A DNA stretch of 59,602 nucleotides. Source: a virus. Its lineage: Duplodnaviria > Caudoviricetes. Shown piece after piece: positions 15,675-25,412 of the stretch; within the stretch, counting starts at the first letter, position 1; every line of letters starts with the position of its first letter. Under the pieces are notes generated by a model that made no database searches, had not been told where the DNA came from, and saw only the letters and a program-made list of their open reading frames with translations. Location of the stretch: IMG/VR virus record IMGVR_UViG_3300044695_005052, positions 1 to 59,602 of that record. One strand, given 5' to 3'. Both the position numbers and the translations under genes were made by a program.

Positions 15675-16002
15675 CTATCATATTGTCCAGTTCAGAAAAC
15701 ACAGATGTGATTGAGCCACTTGCTTTTGTTTTTTCTGGTGCTGATTCTTCATTCAATTTACTCATCAAAGTAATAACTTTAACTGTATATTGTTTTGAAG
15801 ATTGAGCCACTTTAAGACAATCCACCATTAATGCTTTAGAAACATTGTCTGCTGGATTCTCTTCCACACGCACCCTGAAATAACGGTGTGCATCTAAAGC
15901 TAATTGTCTATCCTCTTCGGCTTCCTCAATTAGTTTCTTAGCTATCTTCTGTATTCGTGTCTGGGCGAAGTGTTGTGTTTTGGGAATATATGTCGTAACC
16001 AT
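15667..16002 (-). CDS. Helical hypothetical protein
   Basis: GGAGG SD; coupled to the Clp ATPase gene. Confidence 0.6.
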   Translation of the reverse strand: MVTTYIPKTQHFAQTRIQKIAKKLIEEAEEDRQLALDAHRYFRVRVEENPADNVSKALMVDCLKVAQSSKQYTVKVITLMSKLNEESAPEKTKASGSITSVFSELDNMIDE

Positions 16003-16195
16003 AACTAGCCCTCCATTCAATATTATCTAGGTATTCTGCCATCTTTACAGTGCAGTAATAATCAGTTAAATCTTTAAACTGCCAAAATGGCATAGGGATA
16101 CCATCTTCGGTAATTGAAAATTCTACAGGCTCCCATTCAAAGATTAAATGGGTATCCAAAGGTTCATTGTTCGTTTGGTTTTCGTTCATCATCAT
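15938..16195 (-). CDS. Acidic hypothetical protein
   Basis: 85-aa ORF filling the operon gap. Confidence 0.45.
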   Translation of the reverse strand: MMMNENQTNNEPLDTHLIFEWEPVEFSITEDGIPMPFWQFKDLTDYYCTVKMAEYLDNIEWRASYGYDIYSQNTTLRPDTNTEDS

Positions 16196-16361
16196 CCCTT
16201 AAAACTTTTTCTACTTCTTGAAAGGTATTTCGCCAATCCTCCGAGGAGGAGCCTTTATCTCCTTTTACCCTCGGAGGTTGGCGACGAGGTTTAGGCTTAG
16301 GGCGTTTATTACCACCATATTTATAACTATCTTCTGAGTTACGCCTAAAAGTCTTTCCCAT
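16164..16361 (-). CDS. Small basic protein (MGKTFRRN)
   Basis: ATG immediately after the upstream stop. Confidence 0.55.
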   Translation of the reverse strand: MGKTFRRNSEDSYKYGGNKRPKPKPRRQPPRVKGDKGSSSEDWRNTFQEVEKVLRDDDERKPNEQ

Positions 16362-16362
16362 T

Positions 16363-16629
16363 TCAGTCAGCAGATTGAATAAACTCTCTAAAAGCTTCCT
16401 CACGAGAAATGCCTCTTTGCAACTGCTCCTTGGTCATTCTAAACCTTTTACCAGTTGCTTCGGTATATTCCTTAATTGTGGAATACTTACAGGGAGTATT
16501 TTGGGTATTCTTAACTTGTGTATTTGAACTAGGTTGAGGTGTTTGCATAATATTTTTCTCCTTGAACAGATCCTTAAAAGCAGAATCAATAAGGGACTCC
16601 AATTGTTTGTACAAATCTTGTTCTCTCAT
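16363..16629 (-). CDS. Hypothetical protein
   Basis: 88 aa; own promoter-like CTACTATAAT and AAGGG SD. Confidence 0.6.
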   Translation of the reverse strand: MREQDLYKQLESLIDSAFKDLFKEKNIMQTPQPSSNTQVKNTQNTPCKYSTIKEYTEATGKRFRMTKEQLQRGISREEAFREFIQSAD

Positions 16630-16671
16630 GGTGTTCCCTTACTTAAATTATAGTAGTGTTCTTCCCTTTAT

Positions 16672-17661
16672 TTAAATAAATTTAATTAATTCTCGTATGT
16701 GTTGAAATGCTTGTTCTTTATTATTTTTTAACATTTCAATAAAATCTTTAGATTGGAACTTCTTTTCTGTGCCAGAAACAGTATACCATGCACCTGATCT
16801 CTGCACTAAATTATCCTGTTCTAGCAAAGGTAAAAGTCCTGTAAAAGGGCTAATCCCATCATCGTAAATTAATTCAAACTCGCATTCCTTAAAAGGAACA
16901 GATACTTTGTTTTTCGTATTCCTTATAGATCCCTTAATGCCTATAACCTTGCCTGAGTCATCCTTAATTAGGTCTGAGGTCTTATTAGAAATGGTCTTTA
17001 GATTAACCCCGAGATAGTATTCTAAGGATTTACCTCCCGCTGCCATTGTGTCTGGGCTACCATACATTACACCTACTTTATTTCTTATTTGGTTAATTAT
17101 AACTAAGGCAACCTTGTACTTACGCATCAAGGGATTTATCTTCCTTAGGCAGGATCCTGTGGCTTTGGCCCTTACTGCTCCCTGCATATTATTGGCTTCA
17201 TAACCAACAGCTTCGTATTCTGCCTTAGAAGGGCTTACCGCAATACTATCATAAACCACGACTATCGGAGTATCCTTATCAGACTCCCTTATAGATTTTA
17301 TGGTGTCTTCAATTACATTGAAACAATCTTCAAGAGTTTCTGGAGCAGCATAAATTAAAGTTTCTGGATTTAACCCCAATTTTTCAGCAAACTTAGGGTT
17401 ATAAGCATTTTCGCTATCGACAAGCATTGTATAGTATTTCAATGCTTGCGCCTCTCTTAAAATGTGAGTAGCAAATACAGTTTTAGCTGTAGATGCTTCC
17501 CCATGAATTTGAGTTATCATACCTACAGGAACTCCTTTAGTATAATCCCCAGATATGATTTTATTCAATGCATAACTACCAGTAGGTATAAACCCTAAGT
17601 CGGTAGTTGTGTCAGACAGCAATCCTGCGTTTTTTAGTTTTTTCAAAACTGATTGATCCAT
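16672..17661 (-). CDS. recA: RecA/UvsX recombinase
   Basis: IPTGSYALN, GEASTAKT, VDSENA, VYDSIA, IINQIR, KNKV, GAWY. Confidence 0.93.
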   Translation of the reverse strand: MDQSVLKKLKNAGLLSDTTTDLGFIPTGSYALNKIISGDYTKGVPVGMITQIHGEASTAKTVFATHILREAQALKYYTMLVDSENAYNPKFAEKLGLNPETLIYAAPETLEDCFNVIEDTIKSIRESDKDTPIVVVYDSIAVSPSKAEYEAVGYEANNMQGAVRAKATGSCLRKINPLMRKYKVALVIINQIRNKVGVMYGSPDTMAAGGKSLEYYLGVNLKTISNKTSDLIKDDSGKVIGIKGSIRNTKNKVSVPFKECEFELIYDDGISPFTGLLPLLEQDNLVQRSGAWYTVSGTEKKFQSKDFIEMLKNNKEQAFQHIRELIKFI

Positions 17662-17998
17662 TAAATTCTCCACTGTAAACCACATTTGTGATTCCGTACT
17701 TGTTAATTAAAGCTTGGCAAAACTTACAAGGCTTTGCCAAATTATTGTTTTTTCTGTAAATGTAAATGGTAGCACCGTTTAGATCTAAACCCATTCTAAT
17801 AGCCTTATAAATGGCGTGCCCCTCTGCATGAAGATTCATGTATTTACCTGATCCAAACTCGGGATGTGTCTTCATGATGTTATGAGCAGCAGAAAGGATC
17901 TTATTGCCTCTAGCAATAGCAGCTCCTATTTTAAATCTAGATCTAGACTGATAAGCTTGTTTTTTGGCTACACGCATCGGCGGCGGGACATCATCCAT
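17612..17998 (-). CDS. dCMP/cytidine deaminase family protein
   Basis: IGAAI, HAE, PCxxC, GITNVVYS. Confidence 0.88.
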   Translation of the reverse strand: MDDVPPPMRVAKKQAYQSRSRFKIGAAIARGNKILSAAHNIMKTHPEFGSGKYMNLHAEGHAIYKAIRMGLDLNGATIYIYRKNNNLAKPCKFCQALINKYGITNVVYSGEFNGSISFEKTKKRRIAV

Positions 17999-17999
17999 A

Positions 18000-18035
18000 A
18001 AAAAACTCCTACCAACTTATTAGAGTTGGTAGGAG
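18000..18035 (-). terminator. Intrinsic terminator
   Basis: 12-bp stem CTCCTACCAACT/AGTTGGTAGGAG with a T-tract on the minus strand. Confidence 0.8.
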
Positions 18036-18054
18036 CCAATAATTACCTTTTTTT

Positions 18055-18837
18055 TCAGTATGTGACATACTGGATCTTATCCAACGATATGTCCCAATAA
18101 CTATTAAATTCATATGCCATGCCTGAATTGCCCCAAGGATGTTCTATCTGTGGGAATGCACCAGACTTGAATGTTAGCTCAACTACACCATCAGGGTCTG
18201 TAAAAGTTTGTAGATAGAATGGATGCTGTATGATACAAACAGCTTCTGTCCAATAGTTAGGCTGTAAGCAGACACTCCACTCCGTAAAATCTATACCACC
18301 ACTATCTCCTTGGAAGTCTAGCGTACCATCAAAAGGAGCAATATATCCGTAGAAGCAGTCATCTATTGTTATACTAGGGAGTTGTGATAGGGCTAACATA
18401 TTACCACCCTCTGTGGTTGCCCAAGCCCAAGTATACCAATTAAATCCCCAAGGTAGGCCGTTCAATGGATTTAGTGTTCCGGGGTTGCCAATCTCATTTG
18501 TGGGATCGTTCCAGAAATGGGTTGGATGCAAGTTCTCATACTTGCCTGCCCAACTTATATGCCACCGCAACTGCAATCTAACTTCCCGTAATGGAGCAGT
18601 GCCTGTGTATGCAGGGAATCTTAGGAACTTAAGATCACACTCTTGATCCTGACCGTAGTAGAACCAACAATCTTGAGTTCCTTGTAACTCTACAAAATCG
18701 TAATCCAAACCATTTGTCGTAGTGGCTGGATGGCTCTGTGGAGTTACCTCAACAATCCGGCCTCTCCTGACCTGAGAGATTAGAACAGGGACTGCCACCA
18801 TTAATGCTATAACTACACCTAGTAAATATTTTCTCAT
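18055..18837 (-). CDS. Secreted or membrane-anchored choice-of-anchor E-like protein
   Basis: N-terminal signal/TM; LRFPAY..PLREVRL, YENL and FDGTLDFQGDSG resemble the FDGxxDFxGxSG motif. Confidence 0.55.
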   Translation of the reverse strand: MRKYLLGVVIALMVAVPVLISQVRRGRIVEVTPQSHPATTTNGLDYDFVELQGTQDCWFYYGQDQECDLKFLRFPAYTGTAPLREVRLQLRWHISWAGKYENLHPTHFWNDPTNEIGNPGTLNPLNGLPWGFNWYTWAWATTEGGNMLALSQLPSITIDDCFYGYIAPFDGTLDFQGDSGGIDFTEWSVCLQPNYWTEAVCIIQHPFYLQTFTDPDGVVELTFKSGAFPQIEHPWGNSGMAYEFNSYWDISLDKIQYVTY

Positions 18838-18841
18838 AATT

Positions 18842-19162
18842 TCACCTATTATCTCCAGATCCTTTAATCTTATTGCGATTCATTCTATCCTGTAGTTTTA
18901 TAATGTTGTCTGAGGCTACTGTGTTCATGTCTAGATCCAAATCCGAGCAGACTGCTGCAATATACCAAAGTACATCACCTAGCTCTGATCTTATCTGTTC
19001 TTTATCTTCAGGAGAGAAGAAACCTTGTGAATCTCTAAGTACTTTTTTAACTTTACCACACACTTCTCCTGCCTCAGATGCAAGACCTAGTGTAGGGTAT
19101 AGGATTCGATCCTTATAAATTGCGTATTGTTTAGCTTGTTGTTGGTATTGACTAAAGTTCAT
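18842..19162 (-). CDS. MazG-like NTP pyrophosphohydrolase
   Basis: YQQQA, LGLASEAGEV, ELGDVLWY, KGSGDNR. Confidence 0.92.
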   Translation of the reverse strand: MNFSQYQQQAKQYAIYKDRILYPTLGLASEAGEVCGKVKKVLRDSQGFFSPEDKEQIRSELGDVLWYIAAVCSDLDLDMNTVASDNIIKLQDRMNRNKIKGSGDNR

Positions 19163-19211
19163 ATTGGTATTAGAGTGAGGTTGGTTACTATTTTCTAAAT
19201 TATATAGGTAA

Positions 19212-19805
19212 TCATGATTTATTTTTTTTATACCAATCCTCATAAGGTCCTGTAGGGCATTTAACATCTTCAACGACACGAGTATATCCATTAGAAGACA
19301 TTAAATGATATATCAAGTTTTTTTGTGTCGGACCTATTAAGTATGAATTATGTTCTATGGTAAATAGATTAACATCCCATTTTAAAAATGGAAAACTTGC
19401 TAGAACATTATATTCATGACCTTCTATGTCTAATGACATATAATCTATACTAGAAGGACATTTTGCTAAGGTTAAAATAGAATCTAATAAATCGCAAGAA
19501 ACAGAATTATAAACACTTCCATTTTGAGATGGATAAGTATTAATTCCATTAAATACGCAAAAACCAGAATAAGGCATTACCGCTTTATTTGTAGTTTTAC
19601 AAGATCTATTTTTAATTAGGTTTGCATAAAAATTAGGATTTGCTTCTATACATAAACCATCCCAAAGTAGTTCTTTTTCTAAGAAATAAGTGTTACTGGA
19701 TTCGACTCCATCATAAGCACCAACATCTACGAAAAATCCATTCTTTTTATCCTTAAGAATATTTCTAACCCATACTTCTTGCCCTGCTTGATTATAAGAG
19801 TTCAT
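19212..19805 (-). CDS. FkbM-family methyltransferase
   Basis: FFVDVGAYDG..SNT, W.GLCIEAN, IDYMSLDIEGHE. Confidence 0.9.
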   Translation of the reverse strand: MNSYNQAGQEVWVRNILKDKKNGFFVDVGAYDGVESSNTYFLEKELLWDGLCIEANPNFYANLIKNRSCKTTNKAVMPYSGFCVFNGINTYPSQNGSVYNSVSCDLLDSILTLAKCPSSIDYMSLDIEGHEYNVLASFPFLKWDVNLFTIEHNSYLIGPTQKNLIYHLMSSNGYTRVVEDVKCPTGPYEDWYKKNKS

Positions 19806-19806
19806 G

Positions 19807-20466
19807 TTATTGCTTAGGGACCCAAAGGTCCATAAATCCTCCTGATATATTAGAATTTTTTAATTCGTAATTAATTGATTCAAAAAATTTATTAAACTTA
19901 TTAGGTGGACATACCAAAGGATAACCATGATTTAAATTTTCAATAAAAATTATAGGTTTATTTCTTAATATCGTATCCCTTGCACCCTCTAAGACCTTTA
20001 ATTCGTGATTCTCAACATCTATTTTAATCATAGTTACTTCATTAAGATTTAATGAATCTAAAGTGACTTTATTAACTGTCACTCCCACATCTACTGGATT
20101 ATGATTTGGGAATTTATCGCTCTCTAAAGTAAAACCTCCAAAATTAAAGTCTTGTGTATTATAAACTTTAGCTGTGCCCTCTTCATTACTTAAAGCATAT
20201 TCTTTTACAAGAATATTCATACCTTCTGTATTAGACTTTAATAAATGTAAATTGACTGGGACTGGCTCAAATGATATTACTTTTGAGCTTTCTAAAATAT
20301 TAGCAAAAAATATTGAATGATTTCCTACATTTGCTCCAATATCTAATATTACTTTGTGTTTTGGGTAATTTTTTAGAATCCATTCTAAAAAATCAACCTC
20401 ATAAAATGTTCCTGTATTTATGACCGCATAGCCTATAGGATCGTTAGGAAACACATTAACTGACAT
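19807..20466 (-). CDS. FkbM-family methyltransferase
   Basis: LDIGANVGNH, FEP, IKIDVENHE.VLEGA, P.IFIE. Confidence 0.9.
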   Translation of the reverse strand: MSVNVFPNDPIGYAVINTGTFYEVDFLEWILKNYPKHKVILDIGANVGNHSIFFANILESSKVISFEPVPVNLHLLKSNTEGMNILVKEYALSNEEGTAKVYNTQDFNFGGFTLESDKFPNHNPVDVGVTVNKVTLDSLNLNEVTMIKIDVENHELKVLEGARDTILRNKPIIFIENLNHGYPLVCPPNKFNKFFESINYELKNSNISGGFMDLWVPKQ

Positions 20467-20496
20467 TTTTAAAATTATTGTATTTTAATGGATATC

Positions 20497-21741
20497 TCAT
20501 TTTGTTATTACCTCAAATCTAGGGCATGGTACAATAAATTTCCCACCATTATAAAGATAATTAGATTCTCTTTGGCAAAATTCATTAATGAAGTGCCAAG
20601 GTAAAACTAACATATAATCAGGTTTTTGCGCTCTAACATACTCTTCAGAGTATATAGGAATATTTGTTCCTACAGTTTTATGCCCATATTTTTGTGGTTG
20701 TCTTTCTGCTATTCCTTTAATTAAAGTATGATCTAATCCAAAATATTGAAGTAGAGTATTTCCTTTTGTCGAAGCACCATATGCCCAAACTGATTTACCA
20801 GCAGCAACTTCAGTTTTTATAAAGGATACCGTTTGCTCCTTTAACTTTAGCAATTTTTTGTACCAATTTAAATAAGTATCTGGATTTTTTAAGTCATACA
20901 ATTTTTCATTATTTAATGTAGCTTGAACCCTAAAATTACACACATCTCTATAGGGGGATGTACCAAATAATGTAGGATCAGCAATATTTTTTTGTATGTA
21001 AATTCTAAAACTTCCTCCGTTGATATCATTTAATTGACAATCAACAATCTTAAAATTAGTTTTATCTAATAAATATTTCATGGTTTCTAATGAGTAATAC
21101 TCCAAATGTTCATGACAAATATTATCAAATGCTAATTGATCTAACATCAAAGGAAGATAACTCATTTGCACAACCCACAAACCATTATCATCTAAAGACT
21201 TATAAATATCTTCACAAAATTTGATTGGATCAGGCAAATCGTAAAACATTGCTATCGAAGTTATAACTTTAGCTTGTTTATTTACTTTTTCTTCATATGC
21301 TTTATAAGTAAAATAATCGTTAATTATAATATTAGCATGATCATATGCTTTTTGGCAATTATTTTCTGCTGGATCAAATCCAACAGAAAAAATAAATTTT
21401 GGTACAGCGGATAATAATGTACCATCGTTACACCCAATATCAATCCAAACATCATCAGATTGTAATTTTACAAGACTTTGTATATTTCTTACTAATCCAT
21501 GAAGTTCATCTGTCATTGTTTTATTAGTTCCAGAATGATACCAATATCTTTTATACATTTTATCAAAATCAGCAGTATCTTCTAATTGAACTAATCCTGA
21601 TTTAGTAGATAAACAAAGACTCAGTGGAGTTTTTGCTGCTTCATCAGCATTAGACTCCATAGGTATAAAATCTGAAACATAAATATTCCCTAAAGAAAAT
21701 AGTTTTATTAAATCGTCATTTTTTTCTATTCTGCACTTCAT
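20497..21741 (-). CDS. NDP-hexose C-methyltransferase (TcaB9/NovU-like)
   Basis: GLVQL, YWYHSG, DIGCNDGTLL, FDNICHEHLEYYS, GGSFR, YGASTKGNTLL. Confidence 0.9.
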   Translation of the reverse strand: MKCRIEKNDDLIKLFSLGNIYVSDFIPMESNADEAAKTPLSLCLSTKSGLVQLEDTADFDKMYKRYWYHSGTNKTMTDELHGLVRNIQSLVKLQSDDVWIDIGCNDGTLLSAVPKFIFSVGFDPAENNCQKAYDHANIIINDYFTYKAYEEKVNKQAKVITSIAMFYDLPDPIKFCEDIYKSLDDNGLWVVQMSYLPLMLDQLAFDNICHEHLEYYSLETMKYLLDKTNFKIVDCQLNDINGGSFRIYIQKNIADPTLFGTSPYRDVCNFRVQATLNNEKLYDLKNPDTYLNWYKKLLKLKEQTVSFIKTEVAAGKSVWAYGASTKGNTLLQYFGLDHTLIKGIAERQPQKYGHKTVGTNIPIYSEEYVRAQKPDYMLVLPWHFINEFCQRESNYLYNGGKFIVPCPRFEVITK

Positions 21742-22669
21742 AAATAATCCCTTCGTAGTTTTTTAAAAAATTATCCTCTGACCATTCATTTTGTAATTCT
21801 AATACATTAGAATTACCAGAGTCAATTGCATGTTGGATATTTGTATTTATTATAGACGGTAATTTAGTTTTTACATGGTTAAATTGATACGATTCAGAAA
21901 TAATAATAGGTTTACCTGCTGCTACAGCGTAGTCTATTGCAGAAGATGGACCCATACCAAAATTTTGAGAATATAAAAATATGTTTACATCATTTTCAGA
22001 CAAAAAATTTATTTGTTGTTGATCTGAAATATATTCGGATGTAATATACAACTGAATTTGAGTTTTCTCAAGAGTTTCTTTTGCCCATATTTTAAATTTA
22101 TCAAATTCATTTTTAGTGCCATCACTAGAAAAATGAGCTTTTGTTATGTGTAATCTAATTATTGCCTTCTCATATTGTTGTTTTACAATATTTATAAGCT
22201 GTGCAAAATTTTTATGAGGAAAATAAAAACCAAAAGATCCTATCGTTGGAATTTTATTTCTAGAAGAATTTTTTAATGCATAACCGAATAAAGGTCTAAC
22301 GGATGTAAACCATTTTGAATTAGTTTTCAAAGTTGGGTCTAACGCAATTCGAAAATCAAATCCATCTATTTTATACCCTAGATCAATTTCTTGTTGAACT
22401 ACATCATGGCATAATGCTAAATGTTGGATATTTGGATATTTCGTTTTTATATTTTTTGCCCAAGGCATCAAACCCTCTGTATAATTATAAATTATACAGT
22501 TTGGGTTGAAAGTTTTTATACTTTCATTCAAATCATCTAAAGAATTACATTCACAATATATGAAATTGTATTTTTTACTATTCTTTAAAATATTGAACAT
22601 TCTAACCCCATGAGCATAAATCCCACAAAGTTTACTTATTTTATGATTAATCAATAGTATTTTTATCAT
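21716..22669 (-). CDS. GT-B glycosyltransferase-like protein
   Basis: CGIYAHG, IGSFGF..PHKNF, SSAIDYAVAAGKPII. Confidence 0.75.
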   Translation of the reverse strand: MIKILLINHKISKLCGIYAHGVRMFNILKNSKKYNFIYCECNSLDDLNESIKTFNPNCIIYNYTEGLMPWAKNIKTKYPNIQHLALCHDVVQQEIDLGYKIDGFDFRIALDPTLKTNSKWFTSVRPLFGYALKNSSRNKIPTIGSFGFYFPHKNFAQLINIVKQQYEKAIIRLHITKAHFSSDGTKNEFDKFKIWAKETLEKTQIQLYITSEYISDQQQINFLSENDVNIFLYSQNFGMGPSSAIDYAVAAGKPIIISESYQFNHVKTKLPSIINTNIQHAIDSGNSNVLELQNEWSEDNFLKNYEGIIYEVQNRKK

Positions 22670-23693
22670 TTTCAATCATATCCTTTACCATATCTTCAAA
22701 GGAAATTTGTGGTTCCCATCCTAAGTGGTTCTTTATTGCAGTGTAATCACCCCTTTGAATGCCTACTTCTGTTGGTCTGTAAAGATTTTTATTTATTCTT
22801 ATTGCTACATAAGCATCTGGAACATAAATTTCATATTTTTCATTTAAAGGATTTTGATCATCAATCCACTTTCCGTCAATAGATGCTGTTTGGAACGCAG
22901 CATGAACAAATTCTTTTATAGTCCTAGTTTTTCCACTTGCTAAAATAAATTCTTTTGGCGATTCTTGTTGGAGCATCATCCAAATCCCTCTAACCATATC
23001 TCTTGAGTCAGACCAATCTTTATGAGCGTAAACATTACCTAAATCAAATGAATGGGTGACTTCTCCAGTGCTTTCCAATTCAACTAATATTTTAGCTATA
23101 TTTTTAGTTATTTTTCTAGTAACAAATTCAATACCTCTTTTTGGCCCTTCATGATTAAATAAAGTACCATGAATTGCAAATAATCCGTAAGATCTTCTAT
23201 ACACATCAACTAAATGTCTAGCTGCTGTTTTAGAGACTCCATATGGGCTTACAGGAATGAATGGATGTTTTTCATCTTGTGGTGAATATAGGGTGTCACC
23301 AAATTCTTCGGATGATCCGGCTGAGTAGAATTTACAGCTAGGTGAAAATTTCCTAATTGCCTCCAAACATTTTAAAACACCCAATGTATTTACATTAAAT
23401 ACTTGTTCTGGGGTTCCCCAAGAGGTTCCAACAAAACTATTAGCAGCAAAATTTATAAAATAATCAGGGCGTATATCTTGCACTATATTATCTAAAGAAG
23501 TTTGATCAGTTATGTCTCCAGCTACTAAATTAAATTTTTTATTACTTTTGATCTCATTTATATTATCCGTGTTTGGATTTGATCCTCTTTTGTAAACTCC
23601 ATAAATGAAGCAATCATCCTGAGTATTTAATAAATACTCAGCTAAATTTGATCCATCTTGCCCCAATATACCAGTAATTATAATTTTTTTCAT
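22647..23693 (-). CDS. gmd: GDP-mannose 4,6-dehydratase
   Basis: ITGILGQDGS, AANSFV, AGSSEEFG, SPYGVSK, LFNHE, FVTRKI, DW, RPTEV. Confidence 0.92.
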   Translation of the reverse strand: MKKIIITGILGQDGSNLAEYLLNTQDDCFIYGVYKRGSNPNTDNINEIKSNKKFNLVAGDITDQTSLDNIVQDIRPDYFINFAANSFVGTSWGTPEQVFNVNTLGVLKCLEAIRKFSPSCKFYSAGSSEEFGDTLYSPQDEKHPFIPVSPYGVSKTAARHLVDVYRRSYGLFAIHGTLFNHEGPKRGIEFVTRKITKNIAKILVELESTGEVTHSFDLGNVYAHKDWSDSRDMVRGIWMMLQQESPKEFILASGKTRTIKEFVHAAFQTASIDGKWIDDQNPLNEKYEIYVPDAYVAIRINKNLYRPTEVGIQRGDYTAIKNHLGWEPQISFEDMVKDMIENDKNTID

Positions 23694-23695
23694 AG

Positions 23696-24034
23696 TTATG
23701 TTTTTCTTTCTGTTATTCTTGAATCAGGAAAAAATTTTTCTTGCAACTCTTTCTTAGCAATAAATCTTTTTCCATTACAATCATCAACTTCTTTGGCCGA
23801 GATTAAATCATATCTTGCTTTTTCTACGGCATCAAATGTTTTTTCATTTGCTTCATATAACTTTTTATATTCTTCTGAGTTTATTATAGTATCAAATAAA
23901 GTTATTAATTGTAACTCTAAGTGATTTTTACATTGCTGCCAATTATGCAAATTTTTGGCATTTTTATTTTTTTTAACTTCTAAAATTGCTAAATAATCAA
24001 ATGCATAACATTCATCGACTAAAAGATTGATCAT
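23696..24034 (-). CDS. Helical hypothetical protein of sugar clusters
   Basis: FDYLAILEVK...LYEAN...NGKRF..K pattern. Confidence 0.6.
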   Translation of the reverse strand: MINLLVDECYAFDYLAILEVKKNKNAKNLHNWQQCKNHLELQLITLFDTIINSEEYKKLYEANEKTFDAVEKARYDLISAKEVDDCNGKRFIAKKELQEKFFPDSRITERKT

Positions 24035-24771
24035 ACTAGTATCATATTTTTTTTGTTAGGGAAATCAGTCAACCTATTTACTTTGTCCACTTCTTGAATT
24101 ATTGATTTATTTGGTAACCCAACTGCTACCGCAAGCCCAAATGTACTGTTAGAAATAACTTTTTCACAACCTGAAATAATTTTTGCAACATCTAATGCAG
24201 AATTAGTATCAAAAAATTCTATTTTTGTGTTGAAAGTCCACTCAAACAAATCATGCTCTTTTCTGCTACCTAAGAAAACACCGTCTTCACTAATAATAGA
24301 TCTATTTGCAGCCAAAAAAGTATAAGCACCTTGATATCTTGGACTTCTAGTCACTGCAATTTTTTTTTCCAAATAAATTGGATCACCACAGTCTAACCAA
24401 GATTGATTAACATCGTAATCTGGTAATGAAAAAGATTCATGATAAGCGTTAAGTAAACAATGCTGTTTTTTTGGATTGTTTTGATTCATGAGTGTAAACC
24501 TCATTTTGTTTAAATTAAAATCAATATTTTCACCATTGTAAATTTTCACATCGTGAATATATGATTGATTTTTTAATAAGGGTAATAAAAAATCAAAACC
24601 GGAACGATTAAATTTTGTGGATCCCCCCCATATAGATAACTGCTGCTGACAATAAGGATCGTCTTTACCAGCTTCAATATCTAAATAAAGTGTCCCTCCT
24701 CCCAAAACTTTAATTACAGATAAAGAATATACTATATCTCCCAAATCCCCAGAGTGTTTGAATGTTTTCAT
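24031..24771 (-). CDS. GT9-like glycosyltransferase
   Basis: HSGDLGDIVYSL; LDVAKII...ISNS..LAVAVG. Confidence 0.65.
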   Translation of the reverse strand: MKTFKHSGDLGDIVYSLSVIKVLGGGTLYLDIEAGKDDPYCQQQLSIWGGSTKFNRSGFDFLLPLLKNQSYIHDVKIYNGENIDFNLNKMRFTLMNQNNPKKQHCLLNAYHESFSLPDYDVNQSWLDCGDPIYLEKKIAVTRSPRYQGAYTFLAANRSIISEDGVFLGSRKEHDLFEWTFNTKIEFFDTNSALDVAKIISGCEKVISNSTFGLAVAVGLPNKSIIQEVDKVNRLTDFPNKKNMILV

Positions 24772-25412
24772 CTATGCTCCCCTAATATATTATCACAGTA
24801 TCGAGCACCAAAAACTTCAACAAATTTTTGGTACATATTTCCATCAGAACTTTCTGATTTATCATACCAACCACCAAAACCAAGCCAAGTTTTAGTCTTC
24901 ATTACTAACTGCATACAATCAATATTAAATTTTATGGCAGGTGATCCTGTAAAAATCAAAAACTTCTTGTCTGCTTGTGATTTTTCTCTCCATAAAACAT
25001 AACCGTTTGTTTGCATCCCTCTCATTATGACAGGGAATATTAAAATTTCTGATGTTGGTTGTTGTTTAATTTCTCTTTTGCTTAATTTATCCAACTCTTC
25101 CAGACAAGTATCATAAAGAATATTATCTGGGTTAAAATGCACTATGTACTCACCTTTTGCCACTCGAATACCCATATCTCTAAGTGAATGACCCCAATCA
25201 TTATATCTTTTTTTAGTAATAGTTATTGTAGAGTTTGGAATGTTTACATCAGGTGTGGGTCTGCTTGTTGGGCCATCATGATAAATCAATACTTCAAAAT
25301 CTTTAAAGGTTTGATTCTTTAAACATTGCATACCTTGAATAAAAGATTCGTCAGAGATTACTCCATCATAATGAGGAACAATGATAGAAAACTTATACTT
25401 ATATTCACTCAT
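24768..25412 (-). CDS. GT2-family glycosyltransferase
   Basis: FSIIVPHY, FEVLIYHDG, WGHSLRDMGI, GEYI. Confidence 0.85.
   Translation of the reverse strand: MSEYKYKFSIIVPHYDGVISDESFIQGMQCLKNQTFKDFEVLIYHDGPTSRPTPDVNIPNSTITITKKRYNDWGHSLRDMGIRVAKGEYIVHFNPDNILYDTCLEELDKLSKREIKQQPTSEILIFPVIMRGMQTNGYVLWREKSQADKKFLIFTGSPAIKFNIDCMQLVMKTKTWLGFGGWYDKSESSDGNMYQKFVEVFGARYCDNILGEHR

Noticed and set aside
15667-16002. Small terminase (gp16-like)
   Set aside because: Only a vague helical resemblance, and no large terminase is nearby
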